64,000 bases of DNA, taken from assembly GCA_963808625.1 (NCBI GenBank), contig CAWEHK010000050.1, positions 64,001-128,000 on the forward strand, given 5' to 3'. The stretch's first letter is position 1. Every line of letters starts with the position of its first letter. The position numbers and the translations under genes were made by a program. The DNA is from an uncultured delta proteobacterium. GTDB taxonomy: Bacteria > Desulfobacterota > Syntrophobacteria > Syntrophobacterales > Syntrophobacteraceae. Below, one piece after another: positions 50,582-62,387 of this stretch. The notes beneath the pieces were generated by a model. That model saw only the letters and a program-made list of their open reading frames with translations, was not told where the DNA came from and did no database searches.

Positions 50582-51511
50582 ATGAGCAAGAAATATAGGA
50601 AAGCACTCGTAACGGGTGGCGCCGGTTTTATCGGCTCACACCTTTGCGCCGGACTTTTGGACGAAGGTCTGGCGGTGGTCGCCTTGGACAATTTGTCGAT
50701 GGGCAAAGCAGAGAATGTCCCCAATGGTGCAAGCTTGATCGTGGGAGACGTTCGCGATCGGACCCTTGTCGAGAACCTCGTTTCCGACGGCGTCGATGTT
50801 GTGTTTCATGAAGCGGCCATTGTGTCCATAAGGGAATCAATCGCGAATTTTTTCGCCGATGCGGAAACAAACATCATGGGGACCCTCAATGTGCTGCGGG
50901 CATCTATTCATTGCGGCGTGAAAAAGTTCGTCTTCGCCTCTTCGATGGCCGTGTACGCCGACAGTCCAAAAAGGACTGCCGCCTCGGAGTCCTTTGAGAT
51001 GGCGCCCACCTCCCCTTACGGCGTTGCTAAGCTCGCTTCGGAACGCTACCTGGCTTTGCTGGGCGAGGCCAACGGCATGGAAGCCATCGCGCTCAGGTAT
51101 TTCAACACCTACGGTGAAAACCAGACCTTCAGCCCCTACGTCGGGGTCATCACCATTTTCGTGAACAGGCTGCTCAAAGGCCAACCGCCCATCGTTTTCG
51201 GCGATGGCGAACAGATGAGAGATTTCATTTATGTAAAAGACATCGTCAAGGCAAACCTGCTGGCCATGCGCACCGACGTGGGTGGCGGCGTCTTCAATGT
51301 CGGCAGCGGTGTCGGGACTTCGGTGAACAGAATCAGCGAGTTGCTTTGCCGGAAGATCGATCCCGGGATCAAGCCGGTCTATGGGCCGGAAAGGCCCGAA
51401 GAGCTCCGCTATTCGGTGGCGGACATCGCGAGAATAAGCAGCCAGCTCGGGTTTGTACCAGGCTTCAGGATTGAACAGGCCATTGACACCGTCATTAACC
51501 AATACCTTTAG
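50582..51511 (+). CDS. NAD-dependent epimerase/dehydratase
   Basis: TGGAGFIG, YGVAK, RYFNTYG, RDFIYV. Confidence 0.92.
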   Translation: MSKKYRKALVTGGAGFIGSHLCAGLLDEGLAVVALDNLSMGKAENVPNGASLIVGDVRDRTLVENLVSDGVDVVFHEAAIVSIRESIANFFADAETNIMGTLNVLRASIHCGVKKFVFASSMAVYADSPKRTAASESFEMAPTSPYGVAKLASERYLALLGEANGMEAIALRYFNTYGENQTFSPYVGVITIFVNRLLKGQPPIVFGDGEQMRDFIYVKDIVKANLLAMRTDVGGGVFNVGSGVGTSVNRISELLCRKIDPGIKPVYGPERPEELRYSVADIARISSQLGFVPGFRIEQAIDTVINQYL

Positions 51512-51527
51512 CAGGTGAGGTCATCCC

Positions 51528-51899
51528 TTGAGTTCATATATCCCCTTGATTCTATCCGGTGTTTCCCTTAATGCGGTCGCCCAGCTCTTCCTGAAGACGG
51601 GCATGAATGCGGTCGGCTATTTTCAGTTTTCTTCCGGAAATATTTTGAGCGTATTGCCAAGAATCGTCTTAAATCCTTTTATTGTCCTGGGCATGGTTTG
51701 CTATCTCCTTAGCATCGCGATCTGGCTGGCAGTCCTGTCCCGGGTCGAGGTCAGTTTCGCGTACCCGTTCCTGAGTGTCGGATACGTCCTGGTGGCGTGC
51801 CTGGGTTATTTCTTTTTTGGGGAAAACCTCTCCTTCAACAAGATACTGGGCATCGCGATTATCTGCGTTGGACTGTTCTTCTTGTCCAGAAGCGGGTGA
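51528..51899 (+). CDS. EamA/SMR-like flippase subunit (ArnE/F-like)
   Basis: Four TM; AQLFLK, VLSRVEVSFAYP, FFGE. Confidence 0.8.
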   Translation: MSSYIPLILSGVSLNAVAQLFLKTGMNAVGYFQFSSGNILSVLPRIVLNPFIVLGMVCYLLSIAIWLAVLSRVEVSFAYPFLSVGYVLVACLGYFFFGENLSFNKILGIAIICVGLFFLSRSG

Positions 51900-51928
51900 T
51901 GTGCAGAATTATCTTTGCTAAGACCTTA

Positions 51929-53507
51929 TCATCGGTTAGGACGTTCCAAAACAACAAAACGACCGATCCTCTTAACCTGTTGATAGCCCATCCTCTTAGC
52001 AAACGTTTTGAATGCTATCGTTTCAGGAGCTTGTTTTTTATTTGCACCAAATCTAGATAGGTATATCATATAGTCCGGATCGAATTGATCCAGTTTATTA
52101 AGGTCATCTTTCCACCAGTGAAAAATGATGAACCCTTTGTCAGGTGACATAACCACAGACTGGCTAATGGCTACCTTTGACCCATTAGAAATCATTTTAC
52201 TAATGTATTCATACATCATATACGTATCACTATTTTTATAATCCAACCTTTTCAAGCTAGCCTTCACATCTGCCCATCCATACACTATGAATGTATAGCT
52301 AAAAGCTATTGCACAAATTACTGTTGTTGCTGTTTTGATATGCAACTTCTTATCACGAAGCTCAATTATTGAAGATATTGCGCTGATAATATAATAAGGA
52401 TAAATTGGCATAAGATAATGCCATGCACCAGCAAATAAACGAGACCCAGAAAATACAATCATGGTAAGCAATATGGAAGAAATCGAGCTAACAATATATA
52501 TGTGCTCTTTTCTTTTGCTTGTTATGTTTAATAGTATATTAGTAAAACTCAGGAAAATCATTAACATCAAAAATACATTTTGAGATAACGACTTTAACCA
52601 AGCGCTCCAAGCAGCACCCAAACCGAGAGCCATATTGCCGGTTCCATGATCTCTAAGTATGCTCATTTGTGCCGTGACGGTTGTCTCATAATCAAAAAAA
52701 GCAAAGGGATGCATAATAAAGAGAGTCGATGCACCTAAGAAGATAACCGACAACAGCGTGCCAACAAAGCGCATAGAAAAGAAATAGCGAATCCAACTCT
52801 TCTTCTGAACTCTGGCCATTTCCAAATTAAGCAGTGTGAATGAAGGAAGCGCGGTAAAGAAAAAAATCTGCTTTGATAAAGCGGAAAAAATAATGCACAT
52901 AATACCAAGGTAGAAATATTTCCATGCAGTTTCTTCTTCATCGAGTTCTTCCATGCGTGTATAAATCAACAAAGATAAAATCAAAAAAAGAATTCCAGTT
53001 GTTTCAGGATGAACAGTCAAAAACATATCTCTCCAAAACATCGGAACACAATAAAACAGACTACCCATGAAAAGAATAAAGCTTGTTCTTAAAAATTCTG
53101 TCAAGCAATATATACAAAATAAAAACGGATGTTAATCCTACTAAAAATATAAATAATCGAACCGACATGAAAAGCCATACAGGATTACCAGCCGTACTAA
53201 AACCCCCAAACAATATTAGTGGCTTTAATATAAGGTATATCATAAAATGATAAGTCCATCCATATATTTTTGTCCCATAATAATTGTTCATGTTATATGT
53301 ATTCAATATATTAATTACAGACTCCATAGCAGTTCCGGAATCCACTTCATAAGCAGCAATAAGGCTTATGTTATCATTTAAGATAAAAACATGAGGTAAC
53401 CACAGTACACAAAAAATAACCAGAAGAATCCAAAATGGATAATAAGATAACGCCTTTCTCCTAATACCATCAGGCTTTATTATCATTTGTCTCATCCTAA
53501 TACTCAA
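51929..53507 (-). CDS. AT-rich multi-TM protein, probable GT-C glycosyltransferase, frameshifted near 53080
   Basis: Two ORFs joined; acidic N-terminal loop (YEVDS), HPE, SKQ, more than 10 TM, C-terminal soluble domain. Confidence 0.62.
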
Positions 53508-53815
53508 AATCGAAATAATTCTAAATGATGCTCTCTAAGATTCGCTGCCAGACACATTTTGACCTCCACTCGCCGGCTATGCAGAAGAGACAGTGAAGAT
53601 CATCGCTACGGACAGTTCCTCGTTGAGTAAATGATCGAGAAGAGGCATTTGAGTTTCTTGATATCATTTCGAAGGGAGGGGCGGCGCAATTCAATGCGCT
53701 GAACCTGCCCCGATCAGATTTTAAAACGACATTTCAGAAAATTCATTAACGGGATCCAGGAATCCGGAATGAGTTGATCTGCCTCCCCTGATTGCTAAAT
53801 GTGAACTTACACTGC

Positions 53816-55213
53816 TCAGGTCCCACCGAAGGAAACGACCTTCCACACCGTGCGAAAGAGGATCTTGAGGTCCAGCAGCGGTGAACGATTCCTGATGTAG
53901 TAGAGATCATACTGCAATTTCACCAGGGCATCCTCGACACTGCTTCCGTAGCGGTACTTGATCTGGGCCCAGCCCGTGAGCCCGGGTTTGACCGCCAGCC
54001 TCACGCGGTAAAAGGGAATTTCCCGCTCCAGCTCGGCAATGAATTCAGGCCGTTCCGGGCGCGGTCCAATGAGATGAAGGTCCCCGCGCAGGACATTCAG
54101 CAACTGGGGCAGCTCATCCAGGCGGACCCGCCGGAGGAACTTGCCCACCCTGGTGATGCGCGGGTCGTCATCGGTTGCCCATTGTGCCCCGCTCCGCTTT
54201 TCCGCATCCGCCACCATGGACCTGAATTTGATCACCTTGAACGGTTTCCCTCCCTGCCCCAAACGGGTCTGCCGGTAGAAAACAGGGCCCTGGGAGTCGA
54301 GTTTGATCGCAACGGCGAGAAACGGACCAATGATAAGGAAAAGGACGCCGCCCAGGAGGCAAGACAAGTGATCGATCATCCACACGAAGATGCGATAGGA
54401 AAGGGAAATCTGGCCCCCGGCAAGGTCTGCCGGCAGCAGCCAGTCCTTGGCCACGTGCTGCACGGGCACGCGTTCCGTCAGGGCCTCATACAGGGTCGGC
54501 ATGCGGATGATGGGGATGTTGGCGGCCTGGCAATCCAGGAGGACCTTGAAAATTTCTGCACGAAGCTGGTGGGTGATTGAATAGACGACGGTGTTCACGC
54601 GATACTGTTTCGTCAGCGCCAGCGTATCCCGGATCGAGCCAAGCACGGGCACACCCTCTACGTCAGTATTCCGTCTCGTGAGATCGTCGTCGACAAAGCC
54701 GACCACCTCGAAGCTGCTCACTTCCTGCTCACGGATAGCCTGGGCCAGGGTTCGTCCAGCCCACCCCGCACCGATAATCAGGAGCCTCTGTTGCAGGGCG
54801 CTGCTGGCCAGGGATGCCGCATAATTGAGGCGCCAGATGATGCCGGCAATTGAGGCGAGGGCGACAAAATAGAGCACGGGCAAACGCGGCAGGATATTTC
54901 TCGGGGCAATGAAGAACAGTGAGAGATAGACCAGGAGACTGACCGCACCGGCACCAAGGGTCCGCTGTACGATTTCGGACCCTTTGGCAGTCACGACCAG
55001 GTTGTACAAATCAAAAGCCCACAGGAGGAAAAGCCAGAGGACGGACGCAACCGGGATCCAGCGCCCGAAGGTTTTGAAATCGAAGAGCAGCGGTTCAATC
55101 CTCGTGAGGCTCCAAAGCCACAGGGCAGCACCTCCGGCGAGGAGGGCAAACAGGAAGTCCCCAACGCCGAGAATGACTTTGTGCTCGGTCAGTGATAGAT
55201 TGAGATTCCGCAC
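53816..55213 (-). CDS. Undecaprenyl-phosphate glycosylphosphotransferase (WcaJ/WbaP family)
   Basis: IIGAG, KFRSM, DPRITRVG, LDELPQ, GPRPE, KPGLTGWAQ. Confidence 0.92.
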   Translation of the reverse strand: MRNLNLSLTEHKVILGVGDFLFALLAGGAALWLWSLTRIEPLLFDFKTFGRWIPVASVLWLFLLWAFDLYNLVVTAKGSEIVQRTLGAGAVSLLVYLSLFFIAPRNILPRLPVLYFVALASIAGIIWRLNYAASLASSALQQRLLIIGAGWAGRTLAQAIREQEVSSFEVVGFVDDDLTRRNTDVEGVPVLGSIRDTLALTKQYRVNTVVYSITHQLRAEIFKVLLDCQAANIPIIRMPTLYEALTERVPVQHVAKDWLLPADLAGGQISLSYRIFVWMIDHLSCLLGGVLFLIIGPFLAVAIKLDSQGPVFYRQTRLGQGGKPFKVIKFRSMVADAEKRSGAQWATDDDPRITRVGKFLRRVRLDELPQLLNVLRGDLHLIGPRPERPEFIAELEREIPFYRVRLAVKPGLTGWAQIKYRYGSSVEDALVKLQYDLYYIRNRSPLLDLKILFRTVWKVVSFGGT

Positions 55214-56910
55214 TACGGTTTTCGCTTTACTTCGTCCTTGATGCGCTTGACATGCCCCCGCCCAAGGCCTTTCACTTCGCATCCGAGCTCAAAATAGCGG
55301 CGGATGGCCTCGTCGTCCAGCATGCCGAAGCAGTCGACGACGGCCAGTGGCTTGCCGGCCATGGCCACCAGGTCATCAGGAGCCAGCGAACGGTAGGCCT
55401 GGTGGCGAACCGCCAGGACGACGGCATCCGCGCCTTGAAGGACCTCGCCCAAATCCTGCGCAACGCGCAACTCTGTGAGCCGCTCCTGGTTGCGAAAAAA
55501 TCCGGCCCGCGAATGTCCCGTTGCGGGGTAGCTGTCCTGTTTTTCGAGCTCCCACCAATGAGTGACGTACGGATCATGCACCACGACGTCACTGCCCATT
55601 TCCGCCAGCTTCCGCACGATCAATTCCGATCCGCTGTAGCGCGTATCTCCAACATCTTCGCGATAGGATACGCCCAGCAGGGCGATTTTTGACGCCGCCA
55701 CAATTCTTCCCATATTGCGCAGGGCGTCGCGAACCAACCGCGCAGCGTGGAGCGCGCGGGTGTCGTTGATATCGATGGCCAACGGCGTGAGGCGAAAGAT
55801 GTCGTCTTCAAAACCCATCAGCGTCTTGTAGGCCCAAATCCCCAGCCCTCCGTCCTTGGGAAGACAATAGCCGCCGATGCCGGGCCCGGGAAAGATGATG
55901 TTGGAGTGGGTCGGTCTGACCTTGATGGCCTCAATCACTTTGATGAGATCAACCCCATTGCGTTCTGAAAACACGCTCCACTCATGCAGAAAAGCCAGAA
56001 TGGTCGCTCTGTAGGAATTCTCCACGATCTTGCAGGTTTCGCTCTCAATGGGCCGATCCAGCACGGTAAGAGGGTACCGCTCGGTATTCAACACCTCGGA
56101 GAGAAAGCGCACCACCCGCTCCCTGGCCGCCGCGTTGATCCCGCTGCACACCCGCCAGAAATCCCGGACCGAAGCCACATAATCCCGCCCCGGCATGACC
56201 CGCTCGAAGGAATGGGCCAGCAACGGCTCGGCGTCGCCATAACCCCGCCGGGCAAAGGCCTTCTTGATGATTGGATAAGCTACGTACTCGGTGGTTCCAG
56301 GAGGGACCGTGGTTTCGATGAGCACCAGGCACTCCGGTTGGATTCTTTCTCCCAGGACCCTGAGACTTTCCTCCAGGGCAGCAATATCGGCACGCCCTTG
56401 TGCCACGTCACCCAGCGTGTCCTTGTGATAGTCGCACTGGACATCGACCACCACGACATCGGCCAGTGATAAAACGTCATAGGTATAGGTCGCGATGAGC
56501 GTCTGCTTGTCACGGACACACCTGCCGAGGAGCAGGCCGACCTCGGGGTCTTCAGCCTCCACCGGGGAAATCCCCCGATTAACATAGGGAATCTTCCAGT
56601 ATGACCGGGTTGAAGGGCGCTGCATGCCAATGACGAACTTTGCCGGATTGCCCGTTTCCTTGCTGCTGGTATCAGCCACCACCGCAGCCATGACCAGCCC
56701 AACAAACCCGAGCCCCATGACCACAACGATTTCTCGTCCCATCAGGCGCTGGTCGGCGACGATTTTCTGGAGCTTCTTGAATTCCTTTGCATAATCGTCT
56801 TCAGTCGGGAGGGGAAACACCTCTCCCGCGGGGCAAACCGAGACCAGGGGTTCAGAAAGAGCCTTGGCAGGAGGTGTCAACGGCTGATATTCTTCACTTG
56901 AGAGGGGCAT
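55213..56910 (-). CDS. Nucleotide-sugar dehydrogenase (UDP-glucose/GDP-mannose DH family)
   Basis: GLGFVG, ETTVPPGTT, KIVEN, GPGIGGYCLPKD. Confidence 0.9.
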   Translation of the reverse strand: MPLSSEEYQPLTPPAKALSEPLVSVCPAGEVFPLPTEDDYAKEFKKLQKIVADQRLMGREIVVVMGLGFVGLVMAAVVADTSSKETGNPAKFVIGMQRPSTRSYWKIPYVNRGISPVEAEDPEVGLLLGRCVRDKQTLIATYTYDVLSLADVVVVDVQCDYHKDTLGDVAQGRADIAALEESLRVLGERIQPECLVLIETTVPPGTTEYVAYPIIKKAFARRGYGDAEPLLAHSFERVMPGRDYVASVRDFWRVCSGINAAARERVVRFLSEVLNTERYPLTVLDRPIESETCKIVENSYRATILAFLHEWSVFSERNGVDLIKVIEAIKVRPTHSNIIFPGPGIGGYCLPKDGGLGIWAYKTLMGFEDDIFRLTPLAIDINDTRALHAARLVRDALRNMGRIVAASKIALLGVSYREDVGDTRYSGSELIVRKLAEMGSDVVVHDPYVTHWWELEKQDSYPATGHSRAGFFRNQERLTELRVAQDLGEVLQGADAVVLAVRHQAYRSLAPDDLVAMAGKPLAVVDCFGMLDDEAIRRYFELGCEVKGLGRGHVKRIKDEVKRKP

Positions 56911-56930
56911 CGAATAATCCTTAATAGAGT

Positions 56931-58089
56931 TCAATGATTTAGGTGTTGTTTGATAGACTGCACGAATTCGTGGGCAATTGCCTGCCAGTTGTAGCGATGC
57001 TTGACCAGCTCGAGACCTTGCTGGATTTTAGATTTCGCCGAATCCGGGATTATTTATCAAGCATGAAATTACCGTCTTTCATCTCCTCCTGGTCTCGAGC
57101 AAAGAAAGCAAACTCACCGGCGATCCTCTGCACTTCACGCAAGGGGGTGGACACAATCGGCTTTCTTAGGGCTGCATACTCAAATAGTTTCAGCGGGCAA
57201 GCCGCATGGGAAACCGCATTCAGCCGGAAAGGCAGAAGACAAATGTCTGTTGCCGCCATCATGGCAAGCCCCGTCTTATGGTCCACGGGCCCCGGCAGAT
57301 ATACATTTTTCCTGCTGCTCTCTCTCGACGCGACTCTTTAACCTCGCGAAATCCCTCCCTCCTCCAACCAGCCAGAAAACCACATCCGGCAGGCCGGCAG
57401 CCGCATCCAGGACCATGTCCATATCCACGAAGTACTCAAAAGCTCCCAGGTAGCCGACTACGGCTTTCCTTCGGTCAACCGGGAGTCTCATCAGCTCAAG
57501 GTGCTCGATCTCATCGAGATCGGCTGCGTTGGGGAGCAGCGTCATCGGCTCCGCTATTTGCAGTTGCAGTTCGTGGGAGGCAACGAAATTGAGATCGCTT
57601 CGTCGCAACATATAGTGAAACATCCTCTCGCCCCAGATTCACGAGTCCGAAGGATGATGCTTTGCCGAGCTCATGGGTGAACATCGCCATCAAATCATCA
57701 GCCACATCAAACACGCTGAAGCAGGGGGCGTTGAACAACATCATACATTGGGGGAGATTATAGAGTATCAACACATCGATCTCGTGGGTGTGGATCAATT
57801 CCTTCAAGTAGCGCTGCGCCATCAAGCTGTACGAACCCTTTTTGACCAGCTTCTCCAAAGGGGAGTGAACTTTGCCACAGCCAGTCGGGCACGGGGATCT
57901 CGATCACCCTGATGCCGGTGGGGACCTCGTTGTTCAACCTCAAAGAAATTCGTCTCTGCCGAATCCAGTCTGGGCGGTTGCAGGACGATGGCATTGTGGC
58001 CTGACTTGCCCCAGGCCTTTCAATAGTCCATGATACCGGGTGTAGTTGGCCGTTTGCCATCGTGCCATGTATGGAAACAGGAAGTTCAT
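56931..58089 (-). CDS. GT-B (GT4-like) glycosyltransferase, multiply frameshifted
   Basis: LPNAAD, VGYLG, CLLPF..CPLKLFEYAA..KPIV, YNWQ; ATGA overlap with the upstream gene. Confidence 0.75.
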
Positions 58090-59289
58090 GCGCTTAGTTC
58101 CTTGGGTCCCTCACGCTGAGCCAGGCACTGTCGCGAAACAAGTGACCAGATCTGGCTCCAAATCCACATGAAGAGATAGGCGGGAGCAAAAAGAAGGGCA
58201 AGTGCATAAACACGACGTTCTTTCACAAAACCCAGGCCGATAAGATAGTAGAGCCCGTCAACAATGATGGCAAGCCACACCATAACCGCCAGAGCAGACC
58301 AAACCAGACCGTAGGACCAGACCGTTATCCCTAAAACAACGGCCGCCAATACCTTGAAGCATGAGCACCAGCGCCCGTGGCCTCAAGACCAGGGATAACG
58401 ATAACGCCATCGCTCCGGGATGACCGCTGAAAAACAATCCCAAGCAAGTCCTTCCAGTAATCTCTCAATATCTGGCGCCGGCCCTGTTCCCATCTTGCCC
58501 GTTGTGCCGCCACGCCATGCATGCCGGCCGGTTTGGGGTCTCCGACCACGGCAGAGAGTAGAAACCGCGGGTGAATTCCGCGGCGCACCAATTGAATGGT
58601 CATTTCGACATCTTCAACCTTCGTATGAAGGTCAGACAAAAGCGCGGGCAACAGCGATGCGTCAAAAACCATCCCCGTTCCCCGCAACGGCACCGGCCAG
58701 CCAAGGCGCTCCCTGGCCATGTCATCGATGCGCTGCGAGAGAATTTCGGAATATGCCGCCAGGCGAGCGATCGATGATCCACTGGCTGACAATAGGCTGC
58801 ACAAAGCCCTGCACCACCGGTGCTTGGTCGTAAGGAGAGCTCGCCAGTTGGTCGGCAAAAATCGGAGGCAACCTGACTGTCGGCATCAAAGATGGCAAAA
58901 CGGGAATAAGGTGCGAGTTCGTCTGCCGCAACCCGAAAAAACCAGCGCAACGCCCCGGCCTTCCCCCCGCCCGCTTCCTCTCGCCGCTCCCAAACTCGGG
59001 CGCCGGCTCGGCGCGCCGCTTCTGCCGTCTTATCCCGGCAATTGTCGGCAATAACATAGGCCGGAACCGCCAATCCGGCAACACTCTTTGGCAATGACTG
59101 ATTCCTCATCGTGAGCAGGGAAAATATAGGCGATGCATTCTTTCTCCTGTCCGGGTACATTCCAGGGCGGATCGTCAACGGTCGCCAGGCAAAACAGAGA
59201 AAAACCGCCCGGAAGAGAGAATCCAACAGGAACATCGCCAAGAAGATTAAAAGAGGGAAAGAAACGATCAGAGCAAAAATAAAATCCAT
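58086..59289 (-). CDS. Membrane GT2 glycosyltransferase, multiply frameshifted
   Basis: IADNC.D.TA, GKAGAL, DAD, VED, QRARW motifs across frames. Confidence 0.78.
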
Positions 59290-59415
59290 TAAGTATCTAC
59301 CTCTGTCGAGACCCGCGCCCGGTTGTACCCATCTTTCGACAATCTCGGCGATTCTTACCGGACAGCTCACTTTCCCCCTCCTGGCCCTAAACAAGAAAAC
59401 AGAGAACAGCGGTGA

Positions 59416-60643
59416 TCATGTCTTCTCTTTCAAGCTGGCGTCGAGGGCCTGCAAGATGGTTGCAGCACGAGCGTCTCCAGGTATTTTCCCGCGCCACCCG
59501 GTCAATCACGGCCAGGTATCGGGGTCAGCCGCGAGCTCAAGCGCCTCGTCCAATTTGGATGAAAACTCGTCGGCGTCTCTTCGCCACCAGCACCCCTTCA
59601 TAGCGCATGCGTCTCATGCATGGCAGTGGCTACGACCGGCTTGCCCCCGGCCATGTATTCGAAGAGCTTCAGCGGCGAGGTCGGAGTGGGTAATATCGTT
59701 CACCAGGAAGGGAATGGTGGCACACGTCGAAGTATCTCAAGAGGTCGGGCAAATCAGAGTAGGGCTGAACCCCGAGCCAGGTAACGTTTGGCAGTTGAGA
59801 CAGACCGCTCCTCGGGAAAGGAATTGTCATAGTTGGGACCGATCAGCACGAAAGAAAGGTCCTCGACGCTGCGCCGCAACGGCCTTTACCAAATCATAAT
59901 CAAACCAGCGGGCCAAAGCCCCGTAGTAACCAATGATCGGCCTCCCGGCAGCAATCACGGGAAGCAAAGGGGCCGGCGGCGCTTCAGCCTGTCTTTTGCG
60001 GGTTGGGGCAAAATGGTCATAATCAACCCCATTCGGGCAAAAGACGCAGTCAGGACGAACGCTTACCGCATCGCGATAGAGATGATCGGCGGTGGCCATC
60101 GCCAGCGAGGCGCTTGCAAAGGAACTCTTGGTGATTCAGTGCGATTTCCTTTTGATCTCCCTCAAACACCGCCAGCTCATCGACATAATCGTAAATGAGC
60201 TCGCGGTGCATTAAAGCCCTCAGGTATTCTCTATTCCAGCAAAGTATATAGACCAACGGAGCATTCACTCGCGCAAAAGCCTCTGAGGGCACCTCGCACC
60301 GATAGAGGCGATCACCCATGGGGATAATCTTATAATGCCGGGCAGCATTGGGTTCCATGTAGAAGACCAGAACACCCTGGCGCGCCAATGCGATAGCCAG
60401 TTGCTGCGGCCGTTGAAAGAGCTCGAAATCCCATTTCAGGCTCGGAGCAAACACGAGGACGTGGCGGGCGTCACGATGACGATCAAGAACCCTTAATACC
60501 TCCTCCTGGCAGTTGGAGAGGGCTCTGCGATCGACAATCCGACCTAATGTTGCGTCAATCCATCTTCTTGCCTTTCCAGCCGATGGCGGTAAACACTGCC
60601 GGACCAAATTTCGAAGCTGCACTGCCATAAGGTTCTCAGCCAT
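59416..60643 (-). CDS. GT-B glycosyltransferase, multiply frameshifted
   Basis: FQRPQQLA, YDYVD, PNGVD, IIGYYGALARWFD, SPLKLFEYMA. Confidence 0.78.
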
Positions 60644-61020
60644 TACGTGGTCAAGCCTCTGATAGCATGCATGGGCAACCAAGCAAAACACCCTAAAGTT
60701 CCCAACCCGTCATCACTTCCATAATCTCTTTGGCAGATGGGCCAACTGGGGTTCGATAGACAGTCAACGCCAGCAAAATCACCCCTCCAGGCAGTACCAA
60801 ATTTGGTTCCTTGAAGCTATACTTGTAGCATAAGATCAAAGCCGAGAAGCCAGAACTACTTCAACTCCTGACATATTCTTGACAGCCCCCGGAGGATTTG
60901 CTATTGGAAAGCTTCAAAAAAGCAATTTCTTATCATCTATCACCCATATCACCTAGCTGGCGATGGCTATGCCAGCCGCCTGGCAATATGGTATGAAAGA
61001 AAACGAGGGAGGATCCCACG

Positions 61021-62387
61021 ATGAAGCCTGCCTGGCCAAAATCAAATCCAGCCGGGCTTGCCAAGCTGTCCAATTTGTCTGGAAAATTACCGCCCGTCTG
61101 CGTTCTCTGCTCCCAGGTCGCCCGCGCCGTGCAACAACCCATGTCTTCTGTTGGGACGGACCAGCCCATGGCTGAAGCGCAGCTGCCTGTGGCGGATGCT
61201 CCCTCGAATCCATCCTCTTTGATTCCTCCCCCACTGCCCGGCAGGATCGACGTGCTGCTGTGGCCGGTGATGGATTGGGATACGCGTACCCAGCGTCCCC
61301 AGCACCTTGCCCGCCACTTTGCCCGCAACGGACAGCGGGTCTTTTATTTCCGCACTTCTTTCGCTTCATCTGAAACGCCTCAATTGATCCACTTTAAACT
61401 GGTCGCCGAGCGCATCATTGAAGTTGAATTGACTGCTCCACACCCCATCAATGTCTACCAGGATCGCCTGTCGGCAAAGGCCCTGGAACATTTTTGCGCC
61501 GCCTGCCGCTTCTTGCGGGAGAGCGGTCAGATCGAGAGGGCGATTTCACTGGTGGACCTGCCTTTCTGGACCCCGCTGGTTTTCCGTCTGCGGCAGGACT
61601 ATGGCTGGCCGGTGGTATACGATTGCATGGATTATCACGCCGGCTTCAGCAGCAACACGCAAGCCATGATCGACTCAGAAGAGGATTTGTTGCAAAACAG
61701 CGACCGGGTCCTTGTGGCCGGCAATGCTTATTATGGCCGGTTGAAACAGCGCTATGGCCCACAGCGGCTGGCCCTGGTGCCCAATGGAGCCGAATTTGAG
61801 CACTTCAATCGCCACCCGGCTGAATGCCCGGCCGAACTGGCGGGGCTTTCAGGCCCTTTGATCGGCTTTTACGGGGCGTTTGCCGACTGGATCGATACGC
61901 CCTTGCTGGGCTGATGGCCATCGCTCGCCCTGCCTGGCAGTTGATCCTGATTGGCAGCACCCTGTATGCTGACTTGGCGCCGCTGCAAGGTTTGCCAAAT
62001 GTCCATTTGCTGGGCGAAAAGCCCTATGCCGACCTGCCGGCCTACTTGCACCGATTTGATGTTGCCATTATCCCTTTCCGCAGGCTGCCCGTTACCCAGG
62101 CGATGAACCCTGTGAAACTTTTTGAATATCTCAGCGCCGGGAAACCCGTTGTAGCCACCGACCTTGATGAAATGCGCTTCTACGCCGACTATGCCACGCT
62201 GGCCTCCGGTCTGCCAGCTTGGCTCGAAGCCATTGAACAGTCATTAACCGACCATTCCCCCCAGGCACAGGCTCGGCGAACTGCCTATGCTCGCCAGAAT
62301 ACTTGGGAAGCACGTTTTGCCGCCCTGCAAGCTGCTTTATGCTCAATCGGCACACAAACGCTTATCCAGAAAGACGCCCATGGTTGA
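61021..62387 (+). CDS. GT-B glycosyltransferase, frameshifted near 61910
   Basis: QRPQHLA, YDCMD, PNGAE, IGFYGA, NPVKLFEYLSAGKPVV; start uncertain. Confidence 0.82.
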
